Numbered from the stretch's first letter, positions 1 to 9,652 are shown. The stretch: 33,479 bases of DNA from an uncultured Fibrobacteraceae bacterium (GCA_964547085.1 CAZJMO010000002.1:345-33823); one strand, 5' to 3'. A program made the numbers and translations. Notes: generated from the sequence alone by a model not told the origin.

Positions 1-158
1 TGGGCGGGCAGCCGCGCTTCGCGTTTCCGGAGGGTCTCGAGGCGACGGTGCGCTGGTACCTGGAGAACCGCACGTGGTGGGAGAAGATCCGCAGCGGCGC
101 GTACCTCGACTACTACGAGCAGATGTACGGGCAGGACGGTCGCTACCGGCAGCGCTGA
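1..158 (+). CDS. rfbB: dTDP-glucose 4,6-dehydratase, C-terminal fragment (5' end lies outside the window)
   Basis: Reading from nt 3 gives GGQPRFAFPEGLEATVRWYLENRTWWEKIRSGAYLDYYEQMYGQDGRYRQR, ending at TGA 156-158. The WYLeN..WW...SG.Y..YYE.QY tail is typical of RfbB/RmlB C-termini. Confidence 0.65.
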   Translation, partial: GGQPRFAFPEGLEATVRWYLENRTWWEKIRSGAYLDYYEQMYGQDGRYRQR

Positions 159-193
159 TCCAGACCGGCCGCGTCGTACCGAGGGCGGGAGAC

Positions 194-883
194 ATGCCTC
201 TGATTCTCACTCTTCCCGACGGTCGCGCGGTCACGCTCGACCGGACCATCGGCGATCGGGTCCGCGCGGGCGTGGTCGTGCTCGATTCCGTCGCCGTGTT
301 CGAGGCGCCTGCGGTCTGGAACGAGATCGAACGGCTCGCGGCCGACCTGCGTGCTCGCCATCGGGGACAGCTTCCCAGCGAGATCCCCGGCCTCAAGGAG
401 GCGCGCGATCTCTACAAGAGTTTCGGCATGGAGCCCTCGCGCCATCGGCCGAGCAGCGAGGCGCTTCTGCGGCGCGTGCTCCAGGGCAAGGACCTCTACC
501 GTCTCAACAACGCCGTCGACTGCTGCAACCTGGCGAGTCTCAGCTATCTGTTGCCCATCGGTATGTACGACCTCGACCTGGTTCGCGGCGATGTCGTGCT
601 GCGCGCCGGAGCGGACGGTGACGAGTATGCGGGGATCCGGAAGGGTCCGGTGCACCTCGGCGGTCGCCTGGCGCTCTTCGATCGCGACGGCGGTTTCGGC
701 TCGCCCACCAGCGACAGCGCCCGCACTTGCGTGACCGGCAGGACCGAGCGCATCTTGGCGGTGATCATGGCCACAGCCTCGTATCCTGCCGCGGCGATGC
801 AGGAACACGTCCATCACTTCGCCGACCTCTTCACCCGCCATTGCACGGCCCGTACTTCGCTGCTGGGCCAACTCGGAGGCTGA
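194..883 (+). CDS. B3/B4 tRNA-binding-domain protein (PheT B3/4-like, COG3382-type)
   Basis: The ATG at 194 lies within track ORF 74..883. The motif PSSEALLRRVLQGKDLYRLNNAVDCCNLASLSYLLPIGMYDLD matches the B3/4 domain core as I recall it. Confidence 0.65.
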   Translation: MPLILTLPDGRAVTLDRTIGDRVRAGVVVLDSVAVFEAPAVWNEIERLAADLRARHRGQLPSEIPGLKEARDLYKSFGMEPSRHRPSSEALLRRVLQGKDLYRLNNAVDCCNLASLSYLLPIGMYDLDLVRGDVVLRAGADGDEYAGIRKGPVHLGGRLALFDRDGGFGSPTSDSARTCVTGRTERILAVIMATASYPAAAMQEHVHHFADLFTRHCTARTSLLGQLGG

Positions 884-884
884 C

Positions 885-2174
885 ATGCCGCGACGGATCG
901 CCCTGCTGCTCCTACTGGTTCTCGTTCGATCGACCGCGGCGGTCGATGAGCCGGTGATCGGCGGGCAGCCCATGGCCGCCGCCGTGGAATCGCATGTGAC
1001 GTTGACCGAGGTGATCCGGACGCTGACGTCCGCGGAACTTGCCGGCCGCGGCGCCGGGACGGACGGAGAACGGGCGGCGGCCGAAAGGATCGCCGACTGG
1101 TTCGAAGCGGCCGGCGCCGAGCCGGCGCTGGGTCGTGCCAACGGCTGGCTACAGCCGTTCGTCTTGCACGAGACCGTGGGTGGCGGTCGCTCGTGCAATG
1201 TCTTGGGAATGGTGTCCGGGAGCGGGGATCTGGCCGACCGTTGGATCGTCGTGGGAGCGCATATGGACCACCTCGGCCGGGTACGGCCGGACGCCGTCGG
1301 CATCCCCGCGCCGGGCGAGTACTATCCCGGCGCCGGCGACAACGCCTCTGGGATCGCGGCGCTGATGCGCGTTGCGGAGGGCGCCGCGGCGGGCGCCCGA
1401 GCCGGCGACGCGTCGCATCGCCGGAGCCTCCTGCTGTGCGCCTTCGGTTCGGAGGAGATCGGGCTGCTGGGGTCGTATCATCTCGCGGTCGATCCGCCGA
1501 TCGAACTGGAACACGTCGATGCCATGGTCAATCTGGACGCGATCGGCAACCTTCAGGGAGGGCCGTTGCACGTGGCCGGCATGCAGACGTGCTCCCGGTT
1601 CGCCGGTCTGGTGAAGGGCGCCGCGGCGGATCTCGCGGTCCGTGCGCAGGACCCGGTCCTGCTCGGCGGCGATCACGGCGCGTTCCTCGACCGCGGCATA
1701 CCGGTTCTCTTCCTCTTCACCGGGGCGCACCGGGCGATGAACTCGCCGGCCGACAGCCTGGCCACCATCGACCTGGCCGGACTGGACCGCGTCGCCGGCG
1801 TCGCCGTGCGGCTGGTCGAGGCGCTGCGCACCGCGCCGGGCGCGTTCGAGTTCCGGGCGTCGACATCGCGCGAGGTCGTCGTCGGCGGCGGTAACCGAGC
1901 CACATGGTTCGGCACGGCGCCGGACTTCAGCGGGGATGCCGTCGGCTATACGATCGGCGGGACGGTGGATGCGGGACCCGCGGCGCGGGCGGGGTTGCGT
2001 GCCGGGGACGTGCTGGTGCGATTCGGCAATGCGGCGGTCGTCGGTCTGGCCTCGTTCACCACCGCGCTGCGCGGACACGATCCCGACGACGTGGTCGAGG
2101 TCGAGGTCGTGCGGGACGGGCGGCGGTTGCGGTTCCACGTCAGGCTGGGTGACCGGAGCCGACGTCCTCGGTAG
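885..2174 (+). CDS. Secreted M28-family aminopeptidase with C-terminal PDZ domain
   Basis: There is an N-terminal signal peptide (MPRRIALLLLLVLVRSTAA). M28 metal-ligand motifs are present: GAHMDHLG, GAGDNASGIAALM, FGSEEIGLLGS. The C-terminus has a PDZ-like segment GPAARAGLRAGDVLVRFGN. Confidence 0.8.
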   Translation: MPRRIALLLLLVLVRSTAAVDEPVIGGQPMAAAVESHVTLTEVIRTLTSAELAGRGAGTDGERAAAERIADWFEAAGAEPALGRANGWLQPFVLHETVGGGRSCNVLGMVSGSGDLADRWIVVGAHMDHLGRVRPDAVGIPAPGEYYPGAGDNASGIAALMRVAEGAAAGARAGDASHRRSLLLCAFGSEEIGLLGSYHLAVDPPIELEHVDAMVNLDAIGNLQGGPLHVAGMQTCSRFAGLVKGAAADLAVRAQDPVLLGGDHGAFLDRGIPVLFLFTGAHRAMNSPADSLATIDLAGLDRVAGVAVRLVEALRTAPGAFEFRASTSREVVVGGGNRATWFGTAPDFSGDAVGYTIGGTVDAGPAARAGLRAGDVLVRFGNAAVVGLASFTTALRGHDPDDVVEVEVVRDGRRLRFHVRLGDRSRRPR

Positions 2175-3066
2175 CGGCGACCGGTTCGAACGGCTCGACG
2201 TGGACGAAGACGCGCGACAACTCGCGGAATTCGGCGCGCAGGCTGGTTTCCACCTCGTGGGCGAGACGGTGGGCGACGGCCACGCTGAGCGTGGGGTCGA
2301 CGGCCACGCGCAGGTCGGCGTGGAAGACCGAACCGCGCTGGCGGACGCGCAGGTCCAGGACATCGCGCACGCCGACGGTCTGCAAGGCGGATTCGCGCAT
2401 GGCCCTGACGGTCTCGGCGTCGGGCATGGTGTCCATGAGCGCCAGGACGTTCTGCTGGGTGAGTTTCCAGCCCTCGTGGATCACGAAGAGCGAGATGACC
2501 AGCGCGCCCATGCTGTCCAGCCAGTGGATGCCGAGAAGGGCGCCCATGATGCCCGCGGCGGCGGCGGCGGAGGTGACCGCGTCGGTGCGGTGCATCTGGC
2601 CGTTGCTCAGAAGTGCCGGGCTGTGGTTGAAACGGGCGGCGGTCAGCGTGTACCGCGCCATCCACTCCTTGATCCCGACCGAGACCAGCGCCATGGCGAG
2701 CGCCAGGACGCCGGGGGCGTGATGCTCGCCGCTCAGCAGACGCATCACTGCGTCGCGTCCGATGAGTACGCCGGTGCCGATCATGAAGAGGGCCACCAGG
2801 ATCGCTCCGAGCGTCTCGAAGCTCTCGTGGCCGTACGGATGGTCGTCGTCGGGCGGGCGGCGACTGGCGCGCAGGGCGATCAGGACAGCGATGTCGCTGA
2901 CCACGTCGGCGAAGCTGTGGACGCCGTCGGCCACCAGGGCGGCGCTGCGGAACAGGAAGCCGACGATGATCTTCGCGGCCGTCAACGCGACGTTGCCGAT
3001 CATGCCGACCAGCGTGCATTCGGTGGGGCGATAACGACGCTTAATCGATCGCGGATCAGTGGACAT
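2140..3066 (-). CDS. Cation diffusion facilitator (CDF) family metal efflux transporter
   Basis: NVALTAAKIIVGFLFRSAALVADGVHSFADVVSD and DDDHPYGHESFETLGA are the CDF TM2/TM3 signature regions. A cytoplasmic C-terminal domain follows. Confidence 0.85.
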   Translation of the reverse strand: MSTDPRSIKRRYRPTECTLVGMIGNVALTAAKIIVGFLFRSAALVADGVHSFADVVSDIAVLIALRASRRPPDDDHPYGHESFETLGAILVALFMIGTGVLIGRDAVMRLLSGEHHAPGVLALAMALVSVGIKEWMARYTLTAARFNHSPALLSNGQMHRTDAVTSAAAAAGIMGALLGIHWLDSMGALVISLFVIHEGWKLTQQNVLALMDTMPDAETVRAMRESALQTVGVRDVLDLRVRQRGSVFHADLRVAVDPTLSVAVAHRLAHEVETSLRAEFRELSRVFVHVEPFEPVAATEDVGSGHPA

Positions 3067-4864
3067 CTCTGGCTCCCGGCGGATAGACGGCGTCGATCCG
3101 TTCGCGGTATCGCTCGGCCACCACGAAGCGCTTGACCTTGAGCGTGGGGGTGAGTTCGCCGTCTTCGAGCGTCAGTTCCCGATCCAGCAGGACGTGGCGC
3201 TTCACCTGGTTGAAACCCGGCAGTTCGCGGTTCAGCTCCGCCAGCAGGCCCTGGTAGAGCTTGAACACCTCGCTCGAGGCCAGCAGGGCGTTGCGCCGGG
3301 AGATGTCGAGCCCGATCTGCGTCGCCCAGGCTTCCAGGGTCTCGAACTCGGGCACGATCAGGGCACAGAGGAACGGTCGTTGATCGCCCAGGACGATCGC
3401 CTGCTGGATGAACTCACTACGCCGCAATGCGCTTTCCAGTGGCTGCGGTGCGACGTTCTTGCCGCCTGCGGTCACGATCAGGTCCTTCTTGCGGTCGGTG
3501 ATGAAGAGGTAACCGTCGTCGTCGAGGCGACCGACATCGCCGGTGTGGAGCCAGCCGTCGGCGTCGATCGTCTCGGCGGTGGCGTCGGGGTTGTTCCAGT
3601 ATCCCTGCATCAACTGCGGACCCCGAGCCAGGATCTCGCCGTCGTCGGCGATCTTCAACTCGGTGCGCGGCAGGGCTTGGCCGACCGAGCCGGTGCGCTG
3701 TCGACCTGGACGGTTGACCGTCAGGACGGGGCTGGACTCGGTCAGTCCGTAACCCTCGCAGAGCGGAATGCCGGCACCCACGAAGAACTCGCCCACCAGG
3801 GGCGTCAGCGGCGCCGCGCCCGAGACCGCGAACTGGATCCGCCCGCCCAGCGCCGCCCGCAGCTTGCAGAAGACCAGGCGATCGGCGATGGCCAGGCGCA
3901 GCGCGAGCCACGGCGAGGGGCGTTTCCCCTTTTCCTGCAACCGCGCGCGGGCGCGGCCCACGGAGGCAGCCCAGAGGAAGATCGAACGCTTCAACCGGCC
4001 GGCGCCAAGCGCCTGCGTGACCACGCGGCCGTGGATCTTCTCGAAGAGGCGCGGCACGCTGATCAGGATGGTGGGCCGGACCAGCTTGAGGTCGCGCGGC
4101 ACGGTCTCCATGCGCTCGGCGTAGGCGATGCCCGCGCCGGCCAGCAGCATGGTGTACAGACCGCAGGTGCGCTCGAACACGTGGCTGAGCGGCAGGAAGC
4201 TGAGCGTGGTGTCCCGCGGACTGAACCCGAGAATCTCTTGCGCCTGTTGCGCATTCGCCGTCATGTTGCCGTGGCTGAGCATCACGCCCTTGGGCTTGCC
4301 TGTGGTGCCCGATGTGTAGATGATGCTGGCCAGGTCGTCGGGGCCGATGCCGTCGGGGATCAGCGATCCGTCGGGGTCGTCCACGGGACCCAGGTTGCCG
4401 CCGATCTCCTCGAGTTTGTCGAGATCCAGGATCGAGGGCAGGTCGACCGGGTCGAGGGCGATCACCGTTCGCAGGAAGGGCAGCCGGTCGCGTATCTGCT
4501 GCACCTTCTCCGCCTGGACCTTGCCCGACACCACGATCGCGCACGGTTCGCAGTCGCTCAGAATGAACTCGACGGTGTCCGGCAAGAGAATCGCGTGCAG
4601 CGGGACACTGACGGCGCCGTGGCAGAGGATGGCCAGGTCGATGAGGGCCCACTCGACGCGGTTCTCGGAAAGGATTGCGACACGATCACCGCGCTTGATA
4701 CCCAGGGCACGGAGGCCGCGGGTGAGCCGCAGGACGCGATCGCGCGCTTCGAGGCTGGATAGCGGGCGGAAGCCGTGCCGGCGGTCGTAGATCTGGAAGC
4801 AGTCTTCACGAGGGTGCTCGCGGACCGCTTCGACGAAGAGAACGGGGAGAGTCTGGGGATGCAT
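3056..4864 (-). CDS. Long-chain-fatty-acid--CoA ligase (AMP-dependent synthetase/ligase)
   Basis: It has the AMP-binding motif IIYTSGTTGKPKGVMLSHGNM, then GYGLTESS and TGDVGRLDDDGYLFITDRKKDLI. Its 602 aa length is typical of FadD/FACS-like enzymes. Confidence 0.85.
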   Translation of the reverse strand: MHPQTLPVLFVEAVREHPREDCFQIYDRRHGFRPLSSLEARDRVLRLTRGLRALGIKRGDRVAILSENRVEWALIDLAILCHGAVSVPLHAILLPDTVEFILSDCEPCAIVVSGKVQAEKVQQIRDRLPFLRTVIALDPVDLPSILDLDKLEEIGGNLGPVDDPDGSLIPDGIGPDDLASIIYTSGTTGKPKGVMLSHGNMTANAQQAQEILGFSPRDTTLSFLPLSHVFERTCGLYTMLLAGAGIAYAERMETVPRDLKLVRPTILISVPRLFEKIHGRVVTQALGAGRLKRSIFLWAASVGRARARLQEKGKRPSPWLALRLAIADRLVFCKLRAALGGRIQFAVSGAAPLTPLVGEFFVGAGIPLCEGYGLTESSPVLTVNRPGRQRTGSVGQALPRTELKIADDGEILARGPQLMQGYWNNPDATAETIDADGWLHTGDVGRLDDDGYLFITDRKKDLIVTAGGKNVAPQPLESALRRSEFIQQAIVLGDQRPFLCALIVPEFETLEAWATQIGLDISRRNALLASSEVFKLYQGLLAELNRELPGFNQVKRHVLLDRELTLEDGELTPTLKVKRFVVAERYRERIDAVYPPGARDVH

Positions 4865-4961
4865 GGCCGGCGGCTCCCGGATGAACGTTGACGGGCCCTG
4901 GCGCCGGATGTCGGGCGCGGACGGGTATCAGGATCCTTAGACCGGGGGGGCGGTTTTGTCA

Positions 4962-6101
4962 ATGAACTCGGACGAGGTCGTTGTTGCGAGACGCCGCGCG
5001 TTGCTCGCGTGGTACGACGCGTTCGGCCGTGATCTCCCCTGGCGCCGCGTACGGTCGCTCTACGGCACCTGGATCTCCGAGATCATGTTGCAGCAGACGA
5101 CGGTGCAGGCCGTGATTCCGCGCTGGACGGAGTTCCTCGAGCGGTTCCCGGACGTCGGGGCCCTGGCCGCCGCGGACGAACCCGACGTGCTCGCGGCGTG
5201 GTCGGGTCTGGGCTACTACCGTCGCGCCCGCTTGCTGCATCAGGCGGCGCGCCGCATTGTCAACGACCTCGGGGGAGAGTGTCCGCACAGTCCGGCCGGC
5301 TGGCGCGACCTGCCCGGTGTCGGCGAGTATGCTGCCGGGGCCATCGCCAGCATCGGTCTGGGAGTGGCGGTGCCGGCGATCGATGCGAACGTCCGGCGCG
5401 TCCTGACGCGCTGGGCCTGCGGCACGACGGACGCTGCACGGCGGTTCGGGGCCGCTGCGCTCCGGGATCTGGCGACCCGTCACGTGACCGTCGACCGGCC
5501 GGGCGACTGGAATCAGGCGCTCATGGATCTCGGGGCCGGACCATGCCGTGCCGGGCAGGCCGATTGTTCCGCATGTCCGCTGAAGACCTGGTGCGCCTGC
5601 GGGCTGGCCGACGCGAGTGCGGTCGTTCCGGCGCCGAAGGCGCGTCCGCGGGTGATCCCGGTCCTGCTGTCGAGTCTGGTACTGCACCGGGCCGGGCGCG
5701 TTCTGTTGTTGCCCAGCGAGGCGGCCGTGGTCGTTCCGGTGCGTGGTTTCGGCGTTCCGGTCCGGCGTGGCCTCGACGGCCTGTTCAGCGGGATGGTGAA
5801 TGTTCCCTCGACGCCCTGGTACGGTGATCCGGGCGATTCCGCGGAGGACCCGTTTCCTGCGGTCTGGCGACGTTGGTTGCGTCAGATCGGATGGCGTCGG
5901 CCGACCGTCCGCGCGCTGGGCTCGTATCGTCACGCCATCACGGTCCATCGCCTGCGTGTGGCTGTCTTTATGGCCGAATGGCCTGCCGGGTCCGAACCGG
6001 AGACCGGACTGAACGCCGTCTGGATGAGACCGGATGGGCGCGCGGCGGCGTCTACGATGGCCAAACGATGCCTTGATCTCGCAATTGCAAATGGCCTTTG
6101 A
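4962..6101 (+). CDS. mutY: A/G-specific adenine DNA glycosylase
   Basis: LLAWYDAFGRDLPWRR...YGTWISEIMLQQTTVQAVIPRWTEFLERFP...GLGYYRRAR is the HhH-GPD region. An Fe-S Cys cluster (C..C..C..C near CRAGQADCSACPLKTWC) is present. A TTG at 4956 is an alternative start. Confidence 0.8.
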   Translation: MNSDEVVVARRRALLAWYDAFGRDLPWRRVRSLYGTWISEIMLQQTTVQAVIPRWTEFLERFPDVGALAAADEPDVLAAWSGLGYYRRARLLHQAARRIVNDLGGECPHSPAGWRDLPGVGEYAAGAIASIGLGVAVPAIDANVRRVLTRWACGTTDAARRFGAAALRDLATRHVTVDRPGDWNQALMDLGAGPCRAGQADCSACPLKTWCACGLADASAVVPAPKARPRVIPVLLSSLVLHRAGRVLLLPSEAAVVVPVRGFGVPVRRGLDGLFSGMVNVPSTPWYGDPGDSAEDPFPAVWRRWLRQIGWRRPTVRALGSYRHAITVHRLRVAVFMAEWPAGSEPETGLNAVWMRPDGRAAASTMAKRCLDLAIANGL

Positions 6102-6180
6102 CAATGCGGACCTGATCTCGCACATTTAGGTTTCTTGCGGCTTTCTTTAGGAATCTGACGACACCCCGGAAGGATACGCG

Positions 6181-6579
6181 ATGCTCCAGATCACCAGGCA
6201 GACCGAATACGCCATTCGCGGCCTTCAGGAACTGGCTCGCCGGAACGGCGACGCTCCTGTGCAACTCAAATCGATAGCCAGGAATTGCGACGTTTCCGAA
6301 GCTTTCCTGGCCAAGATCTTCCAGATGCTCTCCCAGCAGCACATCGTCAAGAGCCATCGTGGCGTGAAGGGCGGCTTCAGCCTCGCCCGAACCCCCGAGG
6401 AAATCTCGTTGCGCGATGTCGTCGAAGTTTGTGAGGGTGGAATCGCGCTGAACCATTGCTTGCGCAAGTCCAACCGCTGTGAGAATGCCGAGACGTGCAA
6501 CATGACGTTTGCTTGGGCGAAGGCGCAGAAGGCTCTCATCGATGCGCTCGACGAGACGCACCTGGTCGATCTGCTCTAG
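6181..6579 (+). CDS. Rrf2-family transcriptional regulator (probable Fe-S cluster-binding type)
   Basis: MLQITRQTEYAIRGLQELAR...SHRGVKGGFSLAR is the Rrf2 wHTH signature. A C-x6-C-x5-C triad sits in NHCLRKSNRCENAETCN. The RBS GGAAGGA lies upstream. Confidence 0.85.
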   Translation: MLQITRQTEYAIRGLQELARRNGDAPVQLKSIARNCDVSEAFLAKIFQMLSQQHIVKSHRGVKGGFSLARTPEEISLRDVVEVCEGGIALNHCLRKSNRCENAETCNMTFAWAKAQKALIDALDETHLVDLL

Positions 6580-6631
6580 GTTCGACGACCGCGTCCAGAA
6601 ACGGAATTCGGAACGCCGCGAGACAATTGAT

Positions 6632-6670
6632 GACGCGCCCCTGTGAATCCAGCAGGGGCGCGTCTTTGTT
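6632..6670 (+). terminator. Intrinsic terminator between the convergent Rrf2 and rlmN genes
   Basis: A perfect 12-bp stem joins GACGCGCCCCTG (6632-6643) and CAGGGGCGCGTC (6653-6664). It is followed by TTTGTT. Confidence 0.6.
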
Positions 6671-7722
6671 CAGCGGACTTCGCGGCGCCGACGCAGCTGG
6701 CCGCACGCGGCGCCGATATCCCGGCCGCCGCTGACCCGGATGAACGTCGGTACGCCGGCGTCGGTCAATATCCTCTGGAAGGCGAGAGTGCGTGCGTTGC
6801 CGGTCGCCGCGAGGTCGTCCCCGTCCACCTCGTTGAGTGGGATCAGGTTGACCTTGAACGGCCGGTTGGCGGTGACGCGTGCGAGTTGGCGGGCTTGCTC
6901 GATCTGGTCGGTACGCCCGTCGATGAGAACCCACGCGACGGTGACGCGGCGGCCGCTGCGCCGGGCGTGGCGTTCGGCCGCGGCCAGCGCTTCATCGACG
7001 CCCGCCCGACCGGAGACCGGCATCACCTTGCGCCGCGCGTCGTCGTCTGCGCCGCCCAGACTGATCGTCAACCCCACGGGGAGATCCAGTTCGTCGAGAT
7101 GCGCCAGACCTTGCGGCGGTGCGCTCGTGGAGATCTGGATCCGCCGGGTGGAGAGACCCAAGCCGTCGGGCGAGGTCATGATCGACAGCGACGTCCGGAC
7201 GGCCGCGAAGTTGTCCAGCGGCTCTCCCATGCCCATGAAGACCACGTTGTAGGAGCGGTCGCCGTGTTGCGGGAACGGGTCCGTCCCCAGGTCGGCAGCC
7301 AGGCGCTGCACCTGTTCGACGATCTCGCCGGATGAGAGGTTGCGCACGAGTCCGCCACGGGCCGTGGCGCAGAAACGGCAGGCCATGGCGCATCCGACCT
7401 GGCTGCTGATGCAGAAGGTCGCGTGGTTCTCCATCGGGATGATCACGCTCTCGACGGTCTGGTCGTCGCGCAGGCGGAAGAGGAACTTGCGCGTCCCGTC
7501 GTTGGCCACCTGACGCTCGTCGATCCGCAGGCCCGCCGGGTCGTAGGTGGTCGCCAGCGCGTCGAGCAGGGCGTGCGGAAGGTTCTGCATGGTGTCCCAG
7601 TCCATGGCGCCGTGCCGGTAGAGCCAGTGGACGAGCTGCCGACCGCGGAAGGCCGGCTGCCGGTGTTCGGTCATCAGGCCGGGCCAGGACTCGGGAACGA
7701 TGTCGCGCAGCAAGGGTTTCAT
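6670..7722 (-). CDS. rlmN: 23S rRNA/tRNA (adenine-C2)-methyltransferase, radical SAM
   Basis: It has the radical-SAM motif CISSQVGCAMACRFCATARGG and VVFMGMGEPLDN. The start is set at the internal Met (MKPLLRDIV...) of track ORF 6670..7842, because the 40-aa extension is Pro/Arg-rich and non-conserved-looking. Confidence 0.85.
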   Translation of the reverse strand: MKPLLRDIVPESWPGLMTEHRQPAFRGRQLVHWLYRHGAMDWDTMQNLPHALLDALATTYDPAGLRIDERQVANDGTRKFLFRLRDDQTVESVIIPMENHATFCISSQVGCAMACRFCATARGGLVRNLSSGEIVEQVQRLAADLGTDPFPQHGDRSYNVVFMGMGEPLDNFAAVRTSLSIMTSPDGLGLSTRRIQISTSAPPQGLAHLDELDLPVGLTISLGGADDDARRKVMPVSGRAGVDEALAAAERHARRSGRRVTVAWVLIDGRTDQIEQARQLARVTANRPFKVNLIPLNEVDGDDLAATGNARTLAFQRILTDAGVPTFIRVSGGRDIGAACGQLRRRREVR

Positions 7723-7836
7723 GTCGATCCGGACGTTCCGGCGTGGTTGGGGAGGACGTAGCGGGTTGACAGGATCACCCGCGCCCGCGCAATCTGGCTG
7801 CACGAACCTAGGCCAAGATCGTAGAGGAGGGCTGAA

Positions 7837-9204
7837 TTGCAAACCGTGCTGGTGGTGGACGACGAGATCGCGATCCGCGAAACGCTCGCCCAGATTCTCG
7901 GTTACGAGGATTATCGTGTGCTGACGGCGGCGTCGGGTCCGGAAGCCCTCGACCTGCTCGAAGAGCAGTCGGCCGACCTCGTTCTGCTGGATGTCAAGAT
8001 GCCCGGTATGGACGGCTTCGAGGTCCTGTCACGACTTCAGGAGCGACTTCCGGACCTGCCGGCCATCGTCATCTCCGGCCACGGCGACATCCAAACCGCC
8101 GTGCAGGCGGTCAAGCAGGGGGCGTACGACTTTCTCGAGAAGCCACTCGATCGGTCCCGTCTGCTGGTCACGATCCAGAATTGCCTGCGCCATCGCAGTA
8201 CCCTCGCCGACCGCGAGCGTCTGGCCGCGAAAGCCGGCAGGAGTACGCCCCTCATCGGTGGCTGTCCGGCGATGTGCGACGTGCGTGCTTTCATCGAGAA
8301 GGTGGCGCCTACCGAGTCGACGGTGCTGGTGACGGGGGAGAACGGGACCGGCAAGGAACTGGTGGTCGGTGCGCTCCACGCCGGCAGTCTGCGCCGGGAC
8401 GGACCGCTGGTCGAGGTCAACTGCGCCGCCATTCCCGGCGAACTGGTGGAGAGCGAACTGTTCGGTCACGAGAAGGGGGCGTTCACGGGTGCCGAACGGC
8501 TGCGGATCGGTAAGTTCGAACAGGCCAACGGCGGGACCCTCTTTCTCGACGAGATCGGCGACATGGGCGAGCAGGCCCAAGCCAAGGTGCTGCGCGCGGT
8601 CGAGGAGGGAACGATCCAGCGTGTCGGCGGCAGCGAGACGATGACCGTCGATGTCCGGATCGTGGCCGCCACCAATCACGATCTTTCCGACCCCGCCTCG
8701 GGCTTCCGCCGCGACCTGTTTTTCCGGCTCAATGTGCTGTCCATCCACATGCCGCCGCTCCGCGATCGTCCGGGAGATGTCGAATTGTTGCTCGATTTCC
8801 TCATGGACCAGCTTGCCGGCGCCATGAAGACCGAGCCGAAGACCTTTGCGCCGGAGACGCTGGGCCTGTTGAGGGAATACTCCTGGCCGGGCAATGTCCG
8901 CGAACTCCGCAACCTGGTCGAGCGTCTGTTGATCCTCGCGCCGGGGCCGATTGTCCGCCCGATCGACCTGCCGGTTCTTCCCGGAGCCGCGTCGGCGGCG
9001 CCCGAGGTTCCCGATCTTTTCCGCTGTGCCGATTTCCAGGAATTCAAATCCCGCGCGGAAGCCTTGTTCCTGCAACAAAAACTCCGGGAGCACCGTTACA
9101 ATGTGAGTCGAACGGCTGAGATCCTGGGTATGCAGCGCAGCAACCTCTACAAGAAGATCACCAAGTATGGGCTCCGGACCCAAGTCGAGGACGAACCGTC
9201 ATGA
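7837..9204 (+). CDS. Sigma-54-dependent response regulator (NtrC/AtoC family: receiver + AAA+ + Fis-type HTH)
   Basis: The TTG start is preceded by GAGGAGG. The receiver has LVLLDVKMPGMDG. The protein has Walker A GENGTGKE, a canonical GAFTGA loop (GHEKGAFTGAE), and the C-terminal HTH NVSRTAEILGMQRSNLYKKI. Confidence 0.9.
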   Translation: MQTVLVVDDEIAIRETLAQILGYEDYRVLTAASGPEALDLLEEQSADLVLLDVKMPGMDGFEVLSRLQERLPDLPAIVISGHGDIQTAVQAVKQGAYDFLEKPLDRSRLLVTIQNCLRHRSTLADRERLAAKAGRSTPLIGGCPAMCDVRAFIEKVAPTESTVLVTGENGTGKELVVGALHAGSLRRDGPLVEVNCAAIPGELVESELFGHEKGAFTGAERLRIGKFEQANGGTLFLDEIGDMGEQAQAKVLRAVEEGTIQRVGGSETMTVDVRIVAATNHDLSDPASGFRRDLFFRLNVLSIHMPPLRDRPGDVELLLDFLMDQLAGAMKTEPKTFAPETLGLLREYSWPGNVRELRNLVERLLILAPGPIVRPIDLPVLPGAASAAPEVPDLFRCADFQEFKSRAEALFLQQKLREHRYNVSRTAEILGMQRSNLYKKITKYGLRTQVEDEPS

Positions 9205-9231
9205 AATCTCAAAATATCGATGGTCGCCAAG

Positions 9232-9260
9232 TTGACGTACGGCGGCTGAATCCGTATTGT
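9232..9260 (+). promoter_or_regulatory. Candidate sigma-70-type promoter (TTGACG-17 nt-TATTGT)
   Basis: The -35 TTGACG is at 9232-9237 and the -10 TATTGT at 9255-9260, with a 17-nt spacer. It lies ~100 nt upstream of the small ORF. Confidence 0.35.
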
Positions 9261-9356
9261 CTTGTCTAGAAGATTATTCGGTCGGGCTAAGGATAGCCCA
9301 TCCATCACCTGCGGCCGGGGGAGGCATCGGCCGTGGATACTTCCGAGGAGGAAGGC

Positions 9357-9611
9357 ATGAAGCGTTTTCTCGCCGTCCTCGCGCTGGCGAGCGTTCTAAT
9401 GCTTTTGCCGCTCGCGGCGATGGCCATGGACCCAACGGCGGACGCAGAGTTCGTCGACCATTCGGAAACTGAGGGAATCGCTCTTGATGGCGGCGGCCTT
9501 TTGATAGGCAAGATACCATGGGTGACCCGGACGAACTTGGCGGTGGTTTCCGCAACCAGGTTCTTCCTCCGACGGCCACCGGCGTGGTGCCATACGGCCC
9601 CATGCCAGTGA
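9357..9611 (+). CDS. Small hypothetical secreted protein (84 aa)
   Basis: A strong RBS GAGGAGGAAGG precedes the ATG at 9357. The signal peptide is MKRFLAVLALASVLMLLPLAAMA. I recognise no family, and the weaker GC3 bias leaves coding status uncertain. Confidence 0.4.
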   Translation: MKRFLAVLALASVLMLLPLAAMAMDPTADAEFVDHSETEGIALDGGGLLIGKIPWVTRTNLAVVSATRFFLRRPPAWCHTAPCQ

Positions 9612-9652
9612 TCGATCCATTGTTCCTGCTGCTGATCCAACTCATCTAAGCC

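Noticed and set aside
143-2363. Long antisense ORFs 143..1303(-) and 1149..2363(-) lie opposite the B3/4 and M28 genes.
   Set aside because: They have Arg/Ala/Pro-rich, low-information translations, and the sense-strand genes carry recognisable domain motifs. The same reasoning applies to 3059..4762(+), 4959..6125(-), 8029..9183(-), 9884..10918(-), 11291..12604(-), 13626..14720(-), 14798..15769(-), 16752..18503(-), 18615..20228(-), 20343..21260(-), 23291..24346(-), 23577..25079(-), 27711..29705(-), 29497..30957(-) and 30747..32525(-).
9221-9236. A sigma-54-like site TGGTCGCCAAGTTGAC lies upstream of the small ORF.
   Set aside because: The spacing is right, but the invariant -12 GC is GA and the -24 box is TGGTCG. 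That is too degenerate, and a sigma-70-like TTGACG-17-TATTGT fits better.
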